A DNA stretch of 64,000 bases, from the IMG/VR virus record IMGVR_UViG_3300009104_001476; one strand, 5' to 3'. Source of the stretch: a virus. The notes beneath the pieces were generated by a model, which made no database searches, had not been told where the DNA came from, and worked only from the letters and a program-made list of their open reading frames with translations. Below, in pieces: positions 19,974 through 30,288 of the stretch. Within the stretch, counting starts at the first letter, position 1; every line of letters starts with the position of its first letter. The position numbers and the translations under genes were made by a program.

Positions 19974-20540
19974 ATGAAAATTAACACAATAAAAAATGAC
20001 GTTCTTGATAACAAGGACATGGCCTTTGTAGATAAGATCTTAAACGAAGAGTATAAGCAATATTATCTAGATTTATCAGGAAGGGAGCATTATAGATTGT
20101 TGTCATATTTATCCGAACAAATTTCAGACGCACAAATATTGGACATAGGTACGCTCAAAGGATGCAGCGCGCTGGCATTTGCTAGCAATTCCACAAATAA
20201 AGTATTTTCATTTAATATAGCTCACCAATTACAACTAAAAGACCCTCCATCGAATATAAAATTTATTATTGATGATGTCACACATCCACAATATGTGCCT
20301 TTAATACAAGAATCCAAAATAATAATGCTAGATACAATGCATGACGGTTCATTTGAAGTTCAATTTTTACAGCATTTACTAGATATCGGTTTTAGAGGCG
20401 AACTAATACTTGATGATATATATCTCAATCCTGCTATGGAAAATTTTTGGGCTGGTATTCAATTACCCAAAATAGATATTACACATATTGGCCATTCTAC
20501 AGGCACAGGAGTAGTATTTTTTAATAATAATGAAGAATAA
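19974..20540 (+). CDS. class I SAM-dependent methyltransferase
   Basis: LDIGTLKGCSAL, LDTMHDG, ILDDI. Confidence 0.8.
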   Translation: MKINTIKNDVLDNKDMAFVDKILNEEYKQYYLDLSGREHYRLLSYLSEQISDAQILDIGTLKGCSALAFASNSTNKVFSFNIAHQLQLKDPPSNIKFIIDDVTHPQYVPLIQESKIIMLDTMHDGSFEVQFLQHLLDIGFRGELILDDIYLNPAMENFWAGIQLPKIDITHIGHSTGTGVVFFNNNEE

Positions 20541-20721
20541 AAAATGATTAATGAAAGTGACATTTTTGGCGGTAAGACATGGACGAAGGAGCAGCAGTTT
20601 GAGCATGAGATGGAAAGCATGAAGTACCAAATGAAATATACGATACAAAGCTACAGGAGGCTAAAGAAGGGTGAATGGAGGAAGATACAAGAGTTTATTG
20701 ATGGAATAGAAAGATGATAAA

Positions 20722-21006
20722 ATGCCAGACCAAGAAAAATTCATAAAATGCAGTTGTCACGGCGAGGGTATGCTACTTACCAAGTTTGACGACGAAGAAG
20801 AAATCTACGTTAGTTTTTGGCGAGAGGGCATAAATCCTGTTAAGCTAAGTTGGTGGATGAGGTTAAAGTTATGTTGGATGGCACTAACAAAAGGCAGCTA
20901 TTACGATGATCAGGTTATTCTAAATAGACAAAAATCTGTGGAACTTGCGTGTTGGTTAATTTTAGAATCTGGAGTATTAGACAAAAAAGATGAGAATAAC
21001 AATTGA
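20722..21006 (+). CDS. hypothetical protein
   Basis: ORF track. Confidence 0.6.
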   Translation: MPDQEKFIKCSCHGEGMLLTKFDDEEEIYVSFWREGINPVKLSWWMRLKLCWMALTKGSYYDDQVILNRQKSVELACWLILESGVLDKKDENNN

Positions 21007-21211
21007 ACCATCAAAAGACCAAAGAGGTGAAACGTATCCGTACTCTAAAGTTTCAGTAGAGTACCCACACGATGATGTTGATATTAAAACCATGATGGGC
21101 GAAGTAGTTAAGGCTGTCCAAGCGTGGGGTTTTGATAATACAAATATTGCAGAATACTTAGACGAAGAATTTGCCAAACAAAGGGGATTAATTAGAAATG
21201 AAAAACTTTGA
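20990..21211 (+). CDS. hypothetical protein
   Basis: ORF track. Confidence 0.6.
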   Translation: MRITIEPSKDQRGETYPYSKVSVEYPHDDVDIKTMMGEVVKAVQAWGFDNTNIAEYLDEEFAKQRGLIRNEKL

Positions 21212-21357
21212 AAAATGGTGGGAAGAAAGCGATGGTCGCCAGTGTGCAGCAGATTTTTCGTTAAAGACTTTAGCGGTATTAGATTTAACAAAAAAACTCT
21301 GTCAACGAGCCTTTGAAGCGGGGCAAAAGTACGAAGCGCAAAGAGTGACGAGAGAAA

Positions 21358-21909
21358 ATGAAGACTGAAAGAAAAATAGTATCAAAAAAAGTCGTACCTA
21401 GAATGCTTGGCGACATTACGGGTAAGATACCATTTTTCAAGAAATGGTTTTACTATAAGCCGAGTTGGTGGTGGATGGATTTTTCCTATTGGGTTAGGCG
21501 TAAATGGCAAAGGTTGACTACGGGATTCGAGCATCGTGAATCTTATGACTATTTTCACTGGAATGCAAAAATGGCTGTTCCGAGGCTAAAAATGTTGAGA
21601 GATAACTTAAATGGCTGTCCATCAGAATTTGCGCCAGAAGGTAAGGATGTAGAAGAGGGTGCCAAAGAGTGGAAAAAAATATTAAATAAAATAATTTGGT
21701 CTTTTGAAAATTTAGATAACGAGCCATCCCCCAAGAAGCCAGACGATTATGACCCTCGACACACTAGAATTGAGTATGATGATGGCTCTGTAGCCTATGA
21801 ACCTTTCGATGGCAGAAAATGGGATTGGTCAGAAGCGGAAGAACACGCTAAAAAAGTACAAGAGGGATTAGATTTGTACGGTAAGTATTATTTGAATTTG
21901 TGGGATTGA
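21358..21909 (+). CDS. hypothetical phage protein
   Basis: ORF track; W..IL.KIIWSF...GL.LYGKYY..LWD pattern. Confidence 0.7.
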   Translation: MKTERKIVSKKVVPRMLGDITGKIPFFKKWFYYKPSWWWMDFSYWVRRKWQRLTTGFEHRESYDYFHWNAKMAVPRLKMLRDNLNGCPSEFAPEGKDVEEGAKEWKKILNKIIWSFENLDNEPSPKKPDDYDPRHTRIEYDDGSVAYEPFDGRKWDWSEAEEHAKKVQEGLDLYGKYYLNLWD

Positions 21910-21912
21910 TTT

Positions 21913-22206
21913 ATGAAAACAGATAAAAAATACAAAGGAATACCCCTTAACGACGACACCCTTGAAGAAGTCATGACTAGTGATTTTCCGAGAGTTTATA
22001 TACATGACGTGAAAGATAACCCAGACGACACCTGCTCTATGGAAATTTCTACCAATAAAGCTTTTGACGAACTCTTTAAGAAAGAAAAAAATCGTAAGCG
22101 AGTTAGCAATAAAGGAATACGGGAGTTTTTTATAGAGCTACTCGAAAAGGGCATAGCTAAAGAAGATGGGTACGATTTAAAAAAGGCAAGTGAACTTTAC
22201 AAATAG
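21913..22206 (+). CDS. hypothetical protein
   Basis: ORF track. Confidence 0.6.
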   Translation: MKTDKKYKGIPLNDDTLEEVMTSDFPRVYIHDVKDNPDDTCSMEISTNKAFDELFKKEKNRKRVSNKGIREFFIELLEKGIAKEDGYDLKKASELYK

Positions 22207-22221
22207 ACGGATAAATATAAA

Positions 22222-22809
22222 ATGAATATAGCATTACCAGTTTTATTATTAGTATTTGGTGGATTAAGCTTTTGGGTACTGAATGAGTCGAAGCTCAAGT
22301 GGTATTTTAAAACTATTTGCATAAGTACTTTCTGCGTTTTTACCATCGTGTTTTGGTCTTCTATTCACACTTTCTTAGGTTGGCCAGCTTTAGAGAAAGA
22401 CGTTCCCGATAAGGTTCTTCTGCATTGGGTGATAATCAAAGAGCCGAATAAAATTACAGAGTTTAAAGGCAGGATTTATTTTCTAGTAGAGTCTGGTAAA
22501 TATTCTGCGCCAGACCCGCTTGCTAAATTTTTTGGCTACAAGAAAGAGGATGTAGAGCCTCGTTTATACGGGGTGAAATATAACAGACAACTGCATGAAC
22601 GTTTAGAGAAAGGCATAATACCTAAATTAAAAAAAGGTCAGCCTGTTTTAGGAAGATTGTCTAAAGCTGAGCGAAAAGAAGGAGGGGTGGGAAAAAACGG
22701 AGAAAATAAACAAGAAAATGAAGAAGGAGATGGAAGTGAGTCTCAGGAGCAAGATTGGCAATTTCACGAGTTGAGACCTTCCGATATACAGGGAAAACCA
22801 ACAGACTAA
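22222..22809 (+). CDS. membrane protein (two N-terminal TMs)
   Basis: Hydrophobic N-terminus; FLGWP, EPRLYGVKY. Confidence 0.7.
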   Translation: MNIALPVLLLVFGGLSFWVLNESKLKWYFKTICISTFCVFTIVFWSSIHTFLGWPALEKDVPDKVLLHWVIIKEPNKITEFKGRIYFLVESGKYSAPDPLAKFFGYKKEDVEPRLYGVKYNRQLHERLEKGIIPKLKKGQPVLGRLSKAERKEGGVGKNGENKQENEEGDGSESQEQDWQFHELRPSDIQGKPTD

Positions 22810-22827
22810 GGAGTGTAAATATTAAAA

Positions 22828-23379
22828 ATGAATAGGAGAGATTTCATAAAAAAGGCGTCCGTTATGGGTGCGCTAACTACTTGGACAGTGACTTGTAAAT
22901 ACGAGGAAGAAGAGCACCACCCAAAGGGGGAAGAGGGCGAAGTTGGAGAGACTGGTTATAACTGGGATTATAGAGTTTATTGTTATGAGCGTCAGCAGGG
23001 TGAATGGATATTCAGTCAAAACACCAGAGGTAGTTTTTCTTATCAGAGAGAATATATGCTTGAGGAAGATAACCCTAGTCCTTACGCTGGTTGGATGGAC
23101 GGAGGTAAGTTACATTTTGTGACACTCGAAGAAGCTCAAGACTTTGTTGATTGTCATGTTAGAGCTAAAGATGATACCAATCTTATAGATTCTATTTATG
23201 ATATTTATTATATCAAGAGGAATCTAGATGTCGTTGATGGGGCAGATACAATCGAAGAGGTTTGGAGGGAAACAGAAATAAAAGTAGCTCATTATTGGTT
23301 TAACGGAGAGACGGGTAGACAAATACACTGGGTCGCAGAGAAGCCTTATACAGATTGGAGTAAAGTAGAAAGCTCTTAA
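22828..23379 (+). CDS. putative Tat-exported (lipo)protein
   Basis: MNRRDFIKK twin-arginine motif, Cys at position 23. Confidence 0.6.
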   Translation: MNRRDFIKKASVMGALTTWTVTCKYEEEEHHPKGEEGEVGETGYNWDYRVYCYERQQGEWIFSQNTRGSFSYQREYMLEEDNPSPYAGWMDGGKLHFVTLEEAQDFVDCHVRAKDDTNLIDSIYDIYYIKRNLDVVDGADTIEEVWRETEIKVAHYWFNGETGRQIHWVAEKPYTDWSKVESS

Positions 23380-23385
23380 TTAAAA

Positions 23386-24105
23386 ATGACTAAAGGTATT
23401 TTATATATTTGTTATGATGGAGGAGTTGAGGTAAAAGTACCTTATTTTAAAGAGGTCAAAAGAAGTATCTCTAGCTTGAGGAAGTATTGTAAATTGCCTA
23501 TTACTATTTATACAAACGGTAACGTAAAAAACGAGGATTTTAACCAAGGGCTTGAGGATGTTAACGTCTTGATAAGGAACGAAATCAAATCTAGTCTTCC
23601 TTCTGAGCCCAGATTAGACCCACAACGAAGGGGGTGGACTTTTCCTAAATTACATTGTTTTAAAAATCTACCTTACGACATGACTATCTTTGTTGATACA
23701 GATACGGTATTTTTTGATGATCCGTCTGGATTAATTTCCGAAGATTATGATTTAGCTATATGCCGAGATGTGTATTACAAGAAGCGAAGGAAGGCCGGTC
23801 AATTAACCAAACACTTTAATACCGGATTTTTTATAGCTCGAAGAGGAGAGCCTTTTAAGAAGCTCATAGACATGGCCTTAGACCTAGTTGGGAAAGAAGA
23901 GTTTTCTAAAGAAAGTAGGTATACGAGTGAAAACCATGATAATCGTGATCAGCCTCTTTTCAATTTAGCTCTAGACTTTATTCACGATATTAATATTAGA
24001 ATTTTACCTCAAAAATGGAACGTTAGAGGTCATATTTCAAGTTTTATAGACGAGCCTAAGATGATTCATGATAGGAGGCTTATCAGTTTTGGAGGGCTGT
24101 CATGA
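23386..24105 (+). CDS. glycosyltransferase (GT8/nucleotide-diphospho-sugar transferase-like)
   Basis: FVDTDT, FNTGFF, RDQPLFN, LPQKWN. Confidence 0.8.
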   Translation: MTKGILYICYDGGVEVKVPYFKEVKRSISSLRKYCKLPITIYTNGNVKNEDFNQGLEDVNVLIRNEIKSSLPSEPRLDPQRRGWTFPKLHCFKNLPYDMTIFVDTDTVFFDDPSGLISEDYDLAICRDVYYKKRRKAGQLTKHFNTGFFIARRGEPFKKLIDMALDLVGKEEFSKESRYTSENHDNRDQPLFNLALDFIHDINIRILPQKWNVRGHISSFIDEPKMIHDRRLISFGGLS

Positions 24106-24283
24106 TAAAAGGGTGGAAAGAGGTGAGCGTGGATTGGAAAAAAAATATGCTTATCTTTATGAAAGTGATTGGTGAGGAGACGGGAGATTGGTGTCCTGAA
24201 CATTGGGAAGAATACGGTATAAGTAGGGAAGACGCCCAGATAATTTTAGACGAATATGAAAAGACGTTTCCAGAGGATTAAAA

Positions 24284-26122
24284 ATGTGTGGAATAATTGG
24301 ATACATTGGAGAGGAGAAAGCCTCAGATAAGATATATTCGGGATTAGAAAAATTAGAATATAGAGGTTACGATTCTTGCGGCGTTGCGGTATTTAATAAA
24401 AATACTAATGAATTAGCTTGTTCCTACCACCTCTCTGCGCCTAGTGAAATCGAATCTTATAACGCTTTACCTGAATCTTTTTGCGGCATAGGTCATACAA
24501 GATGGGCGACACACGGCGCGGTCACCTTAACTAATACTCATCCTCATAAAAGCTGTGACGACACCGTATACCTTGTCCATAATGGGGTTATAGAAAATGC
24601 TGATCAAATAAAGAAGGGGCTAGAAAACGAGGAGTGTGAATTTTATAGCGAGACAGACACAGAAGCTCTCGTTAATTTAATTGCATTTTGTTATAACGAC
24701 TCTAGCGATAAAGAGCCCGTTTTAGCAATTAACCAAGCTTTGAAAGAGGTCGAAGGGACTTACGGTCTTGCTATTATGTTTAAAGATCACCCTAGCGTCA
24801 TCTTTGCGGTTAGAAGAAGCTCTCCTTTAGTGTTGGGACTCAAAGAGGAAGAAACTTATATCTCTAGCGATACGAACGCTTTGCCTTCTGATACGGAGAA
24901 GGTTGTATATTTGGAAGATGGAGACGTAGCGGAGGTTAAAAAAGACAGCTTTAAGATTTATGATAGAAATAGCAAACAATACGATAGTAGGCGCACCGCT
25001 ATAAAAATAAAAATACCAAAAAGACACCATCAGCTTGGGAGTTACGAAACATTTTTAGAAAAAGAGATTTATGAGCAACCAGACTCGATAAGGGAGACAA
25101 CGAGAGGTCGGTTCAATAAGGATTTTGATTCTGTGATTTTAGGGGGCATAGATACCGAAAGGGACATTAAGAGGGTTCTGTTTATAGGTTGCGGCACCGC
25201 TTACCACGCTGGCCTTTTGGGTAAATACTTTATAGAAAACATAGCTAAGGTTCCCGCTAGTGTAGAGATCGCTTCAGAGTATAAATATAAGAATAACCCC
25301 ACGGAAGACGGGACTCTTGTGGTTGTGATAAGCCAGTCTGGTGAAACCATAGATACTCTAGCGGCACTGAAGGAGGCTCAAGATAGGGGGCTTGATACAA
25401 TAGCTATAACAAATACCGTCATGAGCAGTATAGCTCGTCAGGTTGAGGAGGGAATCTACCAACGTGTCGGCCCTGAGGTTTCAGTGGCTTCAACTAAGGC
25501 TTTTACGTCTCAAATAACTCTAGCTTTGATGCTGGCTATTTTAATTGGGCGTAAGAATGGGATGAGTTTATTGGAGTCAAAAAGGATGATTGGGTATTTA
25601 AGGAGGTTACCGAGCTTGATAGATCAAACTTTAAGTATGACCAAAGAAAAGGCGCGTAAGCTTGCGGTTGGACATTCTTTATTAAAAGAGATGACCTTTT
25701 TGGGTAGGCAGTATATGTACCCAATAGCTTTAGAAGCGGCGTTAAAAACGAGAGAGCTTGCCTATGTAAATACTATCGGTTATACGTCTGGAGAAATGAA
25801 ACACGGGCCGTTAGCCTCTATAAGTAGCCATTCTTTTGTTTGGGTTTTAGCTCCCCAAGAAGGATTGAAAGAAAAAAATATAACGACGATTAAAGAACTT
25901 AGCTCTAGAGGGGTAAACCATATAACCGTGGTAAAGCAGGAGGGGCAAGATTTCCCAAAAGATTGTCATGATAATTTTATAAATATACCTAAAGCTCCAG
26001 AGTTTCTTTTACCCGTGTTGGCGACTATCCCCATCCAGTTGTTTGCTTTAGAGATGGCCAAAGTCAGAAATTTAAATGTAGACAAGCCGAGGCATTTAGC
26101 GAAATCTGTTACAGTAGAATGA
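24284..26122 (+). CDS. glmS: glutamine--fructose-6-phosphate aminotransferase
   Basis: MCGIIG, LEYRGYDS, GHTRWATHG, HNGVIEN, SQSGET, EMKHGP, PRHLAKSVTVE. Confidence 0.97.
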   Translation: MCGIIGYIGEEKASDKIYSGLEKLEYRGYDSCGVAVFNKNTNELACSYHLSAPSEIESYNALPESFCGIGHTRWATHGAVTLTNTHPHKSCDDTVYLVHNGVIENADQIKKGLENEECEFYSETDTEALVNLIAFCYNDSSDKEPVLAINQALKEVEGTYGLAIMFKDHPSVIFAVRRSSPLVLGLKEEETYISSDTNALPSDTEKVVYLEDGDVAEVKKDSFKIYDRNSKQYDSRRTAIKIKIPKRHHQLGSYETFLEKEIYEQPDSIRETTRGRFNKDFDSVILGGIDTERDIKRVLFIGCGTAYHAGLLGKYFIENIAKVPASVEIASEYKYKNNPTEDGTLVVVISQSGETIDTLAALKEAQDRGLDTIAITNTVMSSIARQVEEGIYQRVGPEVSVASTKAFTSQITLALMLAILIGRKNGMSLLESKRMIGYLRRLPSLIDQTLSMTKEKARKLAVGHSLLKEMTFLGRQYMYPIALEAALKTRELAYVNTIGYTSGEMKHGPLASISSHSFVWVLAPQEGLKEKNITTIKELSSRGVNHITVVKQEGQDFPKDCHDNFINIPKAPEFLLPVLATIPIQLFALEMAKVRNLNVDKPRHLAKSVTVE

Positions 26123-26703
26123 GCACTCCTAGACAATACATAGAAGAAGTTGAGCGACTTATAAATGAGTGGCACGTTCCCTTACATGAAAATAAAACAA
26201 CTTTGACGGAAGCTCTGAAATCTATGGAGGGTTTTAAATTAGAGGCGGAAGATGTCCCTTTGATTATCAAATTGGTAGAAAACCCCAAGTACGACATCGG
26301 TTTATTCGCAGGTAATGTTTCTCTTCATAATCATGACTGTATTCATTTACTTCTTGGTAGAGGTCTTAGAGTGAAAGATGAGGCTTTCGTAATAGGTTAT
26401 ACGATGGGAAGCACAAAGAAGATGTGGAGATGGAGAAGAAATTTATATATGTTCTGTGCCAAATACTTATTTCCGAAAGGTTATAGATTCGGAGAGGAAG
26501 AAAGGTTTGTATTTAACGTAGGAGTGATGTTAGGGGAGAGTTGTGACACGGATCTTTCCGAAGTCGATTTTAAGGCTTTAGGAAAATATAGAATAGAGAA
26601 AGTTAGGAGATTACTCGGTATAGATAAAGAATTATTAAAAAGTTATTATGAAATTGAAAAAAAATGTTTCTTAAATAGCGAGGAGAGTCAAAGACTAACA
26701 TAA
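26119..26703 (+). CDS. hypothetical protein (HDxxH motif, Coq4-like?)
   Basis: HNHDCIHLLLG...DEAFVIG. Confidence 0.5.
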   Translation: MSTPRQYIEEVERLINEWHVPLHENKTTLTEALKSMEGFKLEAEDVPLIIKLVENPKYDIGLFAGNVSLHNHDCIHLLLGRGLRVKDEAFVIGYTMGSTKKMWRWRRNLYMFCAKYLFPKGYRFGEEERFVFNVGVMLGESCDTDLSEVDFKALGKYRIEKVRRLLGIDKELLKSYYEIEKKCFLNSEESQRLT

Positions 26704-26963
26704 TGGAAGATTACAAAGAAATTTGGGAAAAGTATCATGAAAAGATTATCGAAAGGCTTGGATGGGTTGGGGCGTTTCTTGTGGTATTGGGCTATTACCT
26801 TAATGCTCAACATTATCTATGTTGTTGGCTTGTATGGACGGTGGGTAATGCGTTTATTGCGGGGTATTCGATCCACAAAAAAGCATACCCAACGGCGTTA
26901 ATGTCTTTAATTATCGCTATAATGAATATATATGGATACATAGAATGGAAGGAGGCTTTATGA
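26703..26963 (+). CDS. small membrane protein (PnuC-like?)
   Basis: Three hydrophobic segments ending NIYGYIEW. Confidence 0.5.
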   Translation: MEDYKEIWEKYHEKIIERLGWVGAFLVVLGYYLNAQHYLCCWLVWTVGNAFIAGYSIHKKAYPTALMSLIIAIMNIYGYIEWKEAL

Positions 26964-27153
26964 AAAACACAAAAAAGAGAATGCACCGAACGTCAGACCC
27001 GACTTGGCATACCTACACATATAGTGGAGAGACAAAAAGCCCATTTGACATAGAAATGATTAAATATTATAATGAATCCGAAGGCAGGGATCAAATATTG
27101 TTCCTTTATAAAGATAAAACCGATGGGAAAATTTTTAAATATAGAATATTACA

Positions 27154-28257
27154 GTGATCGATGAAGATAAAAAAATACTTAATGACTTTTTTGAGTCCTT
27201 GGTAGTAGGAAAGGAGACTTTTATAGGTTATCCCGTTAATACCCTTTTCGATTATTCTGAATTATTTAAATTTTTATCTATACCCCTGAACAACGTAGGC
27301 GACCCCTTTTGTTCTAGTTATTATGGCCTCGATTCAAGACTGATGGAAAGAGAGGTGTTGGATTGGTTTGCCAAACTCCACAACGCTCCATTAGATAATT
27401 ATTGGGGTTACGTTACAAATGGAGGTACGGAAGGTAATATGTATGGTCTTTATCTCGCTAGGGAACTGTATCCCAAAGGGGTTGTTTATTATTCGCAAGA
27501 CACGCATTATAGCGTGAGTAAAAATATTCGTATGTTAAACATGGAACACGTTATGATAAAGTCTCGTCGTAGCGGAGAAATGGATTACCAAGATTTACAT
27601 GAAATGATTTCAACTTGGCGTTCGGCTCCTCCTGTTATTTTCGCTAACGTGGGGACAACAATGAGAGAGGGTTTCGATGATATAAATGAAATAAAAAAAG
27701 TTTTAAGAGCTTTAGCCATCCCAGAGTATTATATTCATGCGGATGCGGCATTAGGAGGAATGACATTACCATTTATAGAAAATTCCCCTGCTTTTGATTT
27801 TACGACAGGCGTACAAAGTATGTCTATTAGTGGTCATAAATTTATAGGCTCTCCTTTGCCGTGCGGAGTTGTTTTAGCTTTAAAAAGTAATGTAGGTAGA
27901 GTAGCGAGGGCGGTAGAGTATGTAGGGTCTTTGGATAGCACGGTTAGTGGCTCTAGAAATGGCTTTACTCCCATACTTTTATGGTACGCGATAAAGAAAT
28001 TTGGATTTAATGGCTTCAAGAAAATGGTTAGAGGTTGCGTCAGAACAGCAGAATTAGCCGTTAGAAAGATGAACGACAGCAATATAAAGGCTTGGAAAAA
28101 CGACTATGCTATAACGGTAGTTTTCCCTAGACCCGCTGAAAATGTGGTAAAAAAGTGGAAATTAGCGGTACAAGACGATATTGCTCATATTATTTGTATG
28201 CCTCAAGTTAATGGGGATGTAATTAATAATGTAATAAAAGACATAAGAGAAAGGTGA
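27154..28257 (+). CDS. hdcA: PLP-dependent histidine decarboxylase
   Basis: GYP, NNVGDPF, YWGYVTNGGTEGN, HADAALGG, SGHKFIGSP, GSRNG. Confidence 0.88.
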   Translation: MIDEDKKILNDFFESLVVGKETFIGYPVNTLFDYSELFKFLSIPLNNVGDPFCSSYYGLDSRLMEREVLDWFAKLHNAPLDNYWGYVTNGGTEGNMYGLYLARELYPKGVVYYSQDTHYSVSKNIRMLNMEHVMIKSRRSGEMDYQDLHEMISTWRSAPPVIFANVGTTMREGFDDINEIKKVLRALAIPEYYIHADAALGGMTLPFIENSPAFDFTTGVQSMSISGHKFIGSPLPCGVVLALKSNVGRVARAVEYVGSLDSTVSGSRNGFTPILLWYAIKKFGFNGFKKMVRGCVRTAELAVRKMNDSNIKAWKNDYAITVVFPRPAENVVKKWKLAVQDDIAHIICMPQVNGDVINNVIKDIRER

Positions 28258-28442
28258 TGTTTTATGGAAGAAAAATGGGTGGCAATTGTTTATAATGGAG
28301 GAGACAAAGTAGGTTCTCGAATCTTTGAGGGCGAGGAGTCACAAACCCGACCAGAAGCGAGGCGTTGGGTCATCTCCCAATTTGGTGAGGGTACGGACTG
28401 GTCTTTTCATCATGTAATAGAGCGTTAATTGGAATATGAAGA

Positions 28443-29285
28443 ATGAATTTTTTATATCCATTAGCGAAAAGGTTTATTGCTGGCTATGATTTGGAATCTG
28501 CCAGAGATAATATTCAACGCCTAATGGATGAAGGCTACGAGGTTTCAATAGATTACGTCGGTGAGAATAGTAAAAGTCAGGAGGACTGTTTGAAAGCTTT
28601 TAAGCAGTATGTCAAAATTATAAAATTTTATAAAAATAAAAAAATAAACATCTCCATTAAGCCTTCTCAATTAGGAATAAACATCCACCCAATACTTTCT
28701 TATTCTCACATTTCCAAATTAGCTGAACTAGCTAAAAAACATAACCATACAATCCGTTTAGATATGGAAGATTCAAAAGTTACAGAGCTTACGAGGAATC
28801 TTGCTGTTTGTTTAAATAGGAGGTTTGGAAATGTGGGAGTAGCGATACAAGCTAATTTACATAGAAGTAATAAAGACATTGATAATCTAATAAAGGAAGG
28901 GGTTTCTGTTCGTTTAGTTAAGGGGGCATATAAAGAAAATGAGAAAGTAGCTTATCAAAATTATTTTGATATAACTGGCTCTTTTTTTGATTATGCTGCT
29001 AGGTTGTATTCAAGAAAGGCAAATAAACCAGCACTCGCCACCCATGATGAAGAGTTGTTAGGGGATGTAGAGGAACTTATACCCCATCCTGATTATTTTG
29101 AATATGAGTTTCTTTATGGAGTTCGTAGAGATTTACAAAAAAGCTTGAAAGATAAAGGGTATACGGTTAGAGTATATATACCATTTGGAAAGAATTGGCT
29201 ACCTTATACGTTGAGGAGACTTAAAGAGTGGAAGAACTTAAAGTTTGTAATAAAAAATATACTGTATGAGATATTTAAGCGATGA
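28443..29285 (+). CDS. proline dehydrogenase (monofunctional)
   Basis: AKRFIAG, SIKPSQLG, RLDME, VRLVKGAY, ATHD, FLYGVR, VYIPFG. Confidence 0.93.
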   Translation: MNFLYPLAKRFIAGYDLESARDNIQRLMDEGYEVSIDYVGENSKSQEDCLKAFKQYVKIIKFYKNKKINISIKPSQLGINIHPILSYSHISKLAELAKKHNHTIRLDMEDSKVTELTRNLAVCLNRRFGNVGVAIQANLHRSNKDIDNLIKEGVSVRLVKGAYKENEKVAYQNYFDITGSFFDYAARLYSRKANKPALATHDEELLGDVEELIPHPDYFEYEFLYGVRRDLQKSLKDKGYTVRVYIPFGKNWLPYTLRRLKEWKNLKFVIKNILYEIFKR

Positions 29286-30180
29286 AGAAGTTTCCGGCTT
29301 ATTGGAAAATAAATGGAGTCAAATAATAAACTCTATCGAATCTGCTTTTCTTGACCCATCTGTAGACATGGTTCCTAAAATTTACCTTAAGGGTGAAGGT
29401 GGAGATTTTAGAGCTATGCCAGCGGCACTTGGCAAATATGCGGCTATCAAGTGGATTGGAGTGTTCCCAGACAACTATCAGATTCCAATACCCACAACGA
29501 ATGGTTCGCTTATTTTGAGTGACAGGGAAACAGGAGTGCCTCTAATGGGTATGGACTGTACCACTCTTACAGCATATAGAACTGCGGCTACTTCAGCGAT
29601 AGCCGCCAAGTATTGCTCTCCTGAAGCTGAGAACTTTGCGATCATAGGTTGTGGGTTACAAGCCAAATATCATATTGAGGCTTATGAAACTATCTTTAGT
29701 CACATGAAGATGGATGTTGAGCTTTACGATAAAAATGAAAAAATACAAAAGGATGTATTTAATTGGTTAGGTAGCGAAAATCTTTGTAGGGCTTGGGGCA
29801 GAAATAAATCAGTAAAGGAAGCGGTTAAATATGCAGACGTTATTACTACTCTTACACCATCTACATCACCTTATTTGGACATCCATGATGTTAAAAGTGA
29901 TTGTCATATCAACGCTGTCGGTGCGGATGCAGTCGGGAAAAGAGAATTGATGACTAACATCATTGATGGGTCATCGTTTATTGTCTGTGACGATGAAGAA
30001 CAAGCTTTGCATTCTGGAGAGCTACAATATAACACATGGCCGAACTTACAACCGCAGTCTATTAATTCTCTAATTAAGAACAAAAAAATCCCAAATAAAG
30101 GAGTATCAGTGTTTGATTCCACGGGAGTAGCTATTGAAGATGTAGCTATCGCAGCATTAATCTACAAATTATCGGAGTAA
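29266..30180 (+). CDS. ornithine cyclodeaminase / mu-crystallin family
   Basis: FRAMPA, LTAYRTAA, IIGCGLQA, HINAVGAD, FDSTGVAIEDVA. Confidence 0.92.
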   Translation: MRYLSDEEVSGLLENKWSQIINSIESAFLDPSVDMVPKIYLKGEGGDFRAMPAALGKYAAIKWIGVFPDNYQIPIPTTNGSLILSDRETGVPLMGMDCTTLTAYRTAATSAIAAKYCSPEAENFAIIGCGLQAKYHIEAYETIFSHMKMDVELYDKNEKIQKDVFNWLGSENLCRAWGRNKSVKEAVKYADVITTLTPSTSPYLDIHDVKSDCHINAVGADAVGKRELMTNIIDGSSFIVCDDEEQALHSGELQYNTWPNLQPQSINSLIKNKKIPNKGVSVFDSTGVAIEDVAIAALIYKLSE

Positions 30181-30288
30181 TATGAACGAGGCAGATAGAT
30201 TAAAATGGAAAATTACCAGACTCAATTCTATAATAAGAGATTTAGAATCAGAGAATAAAAAATTAAAAAAAGGGTTTGGGGTGAGAAG

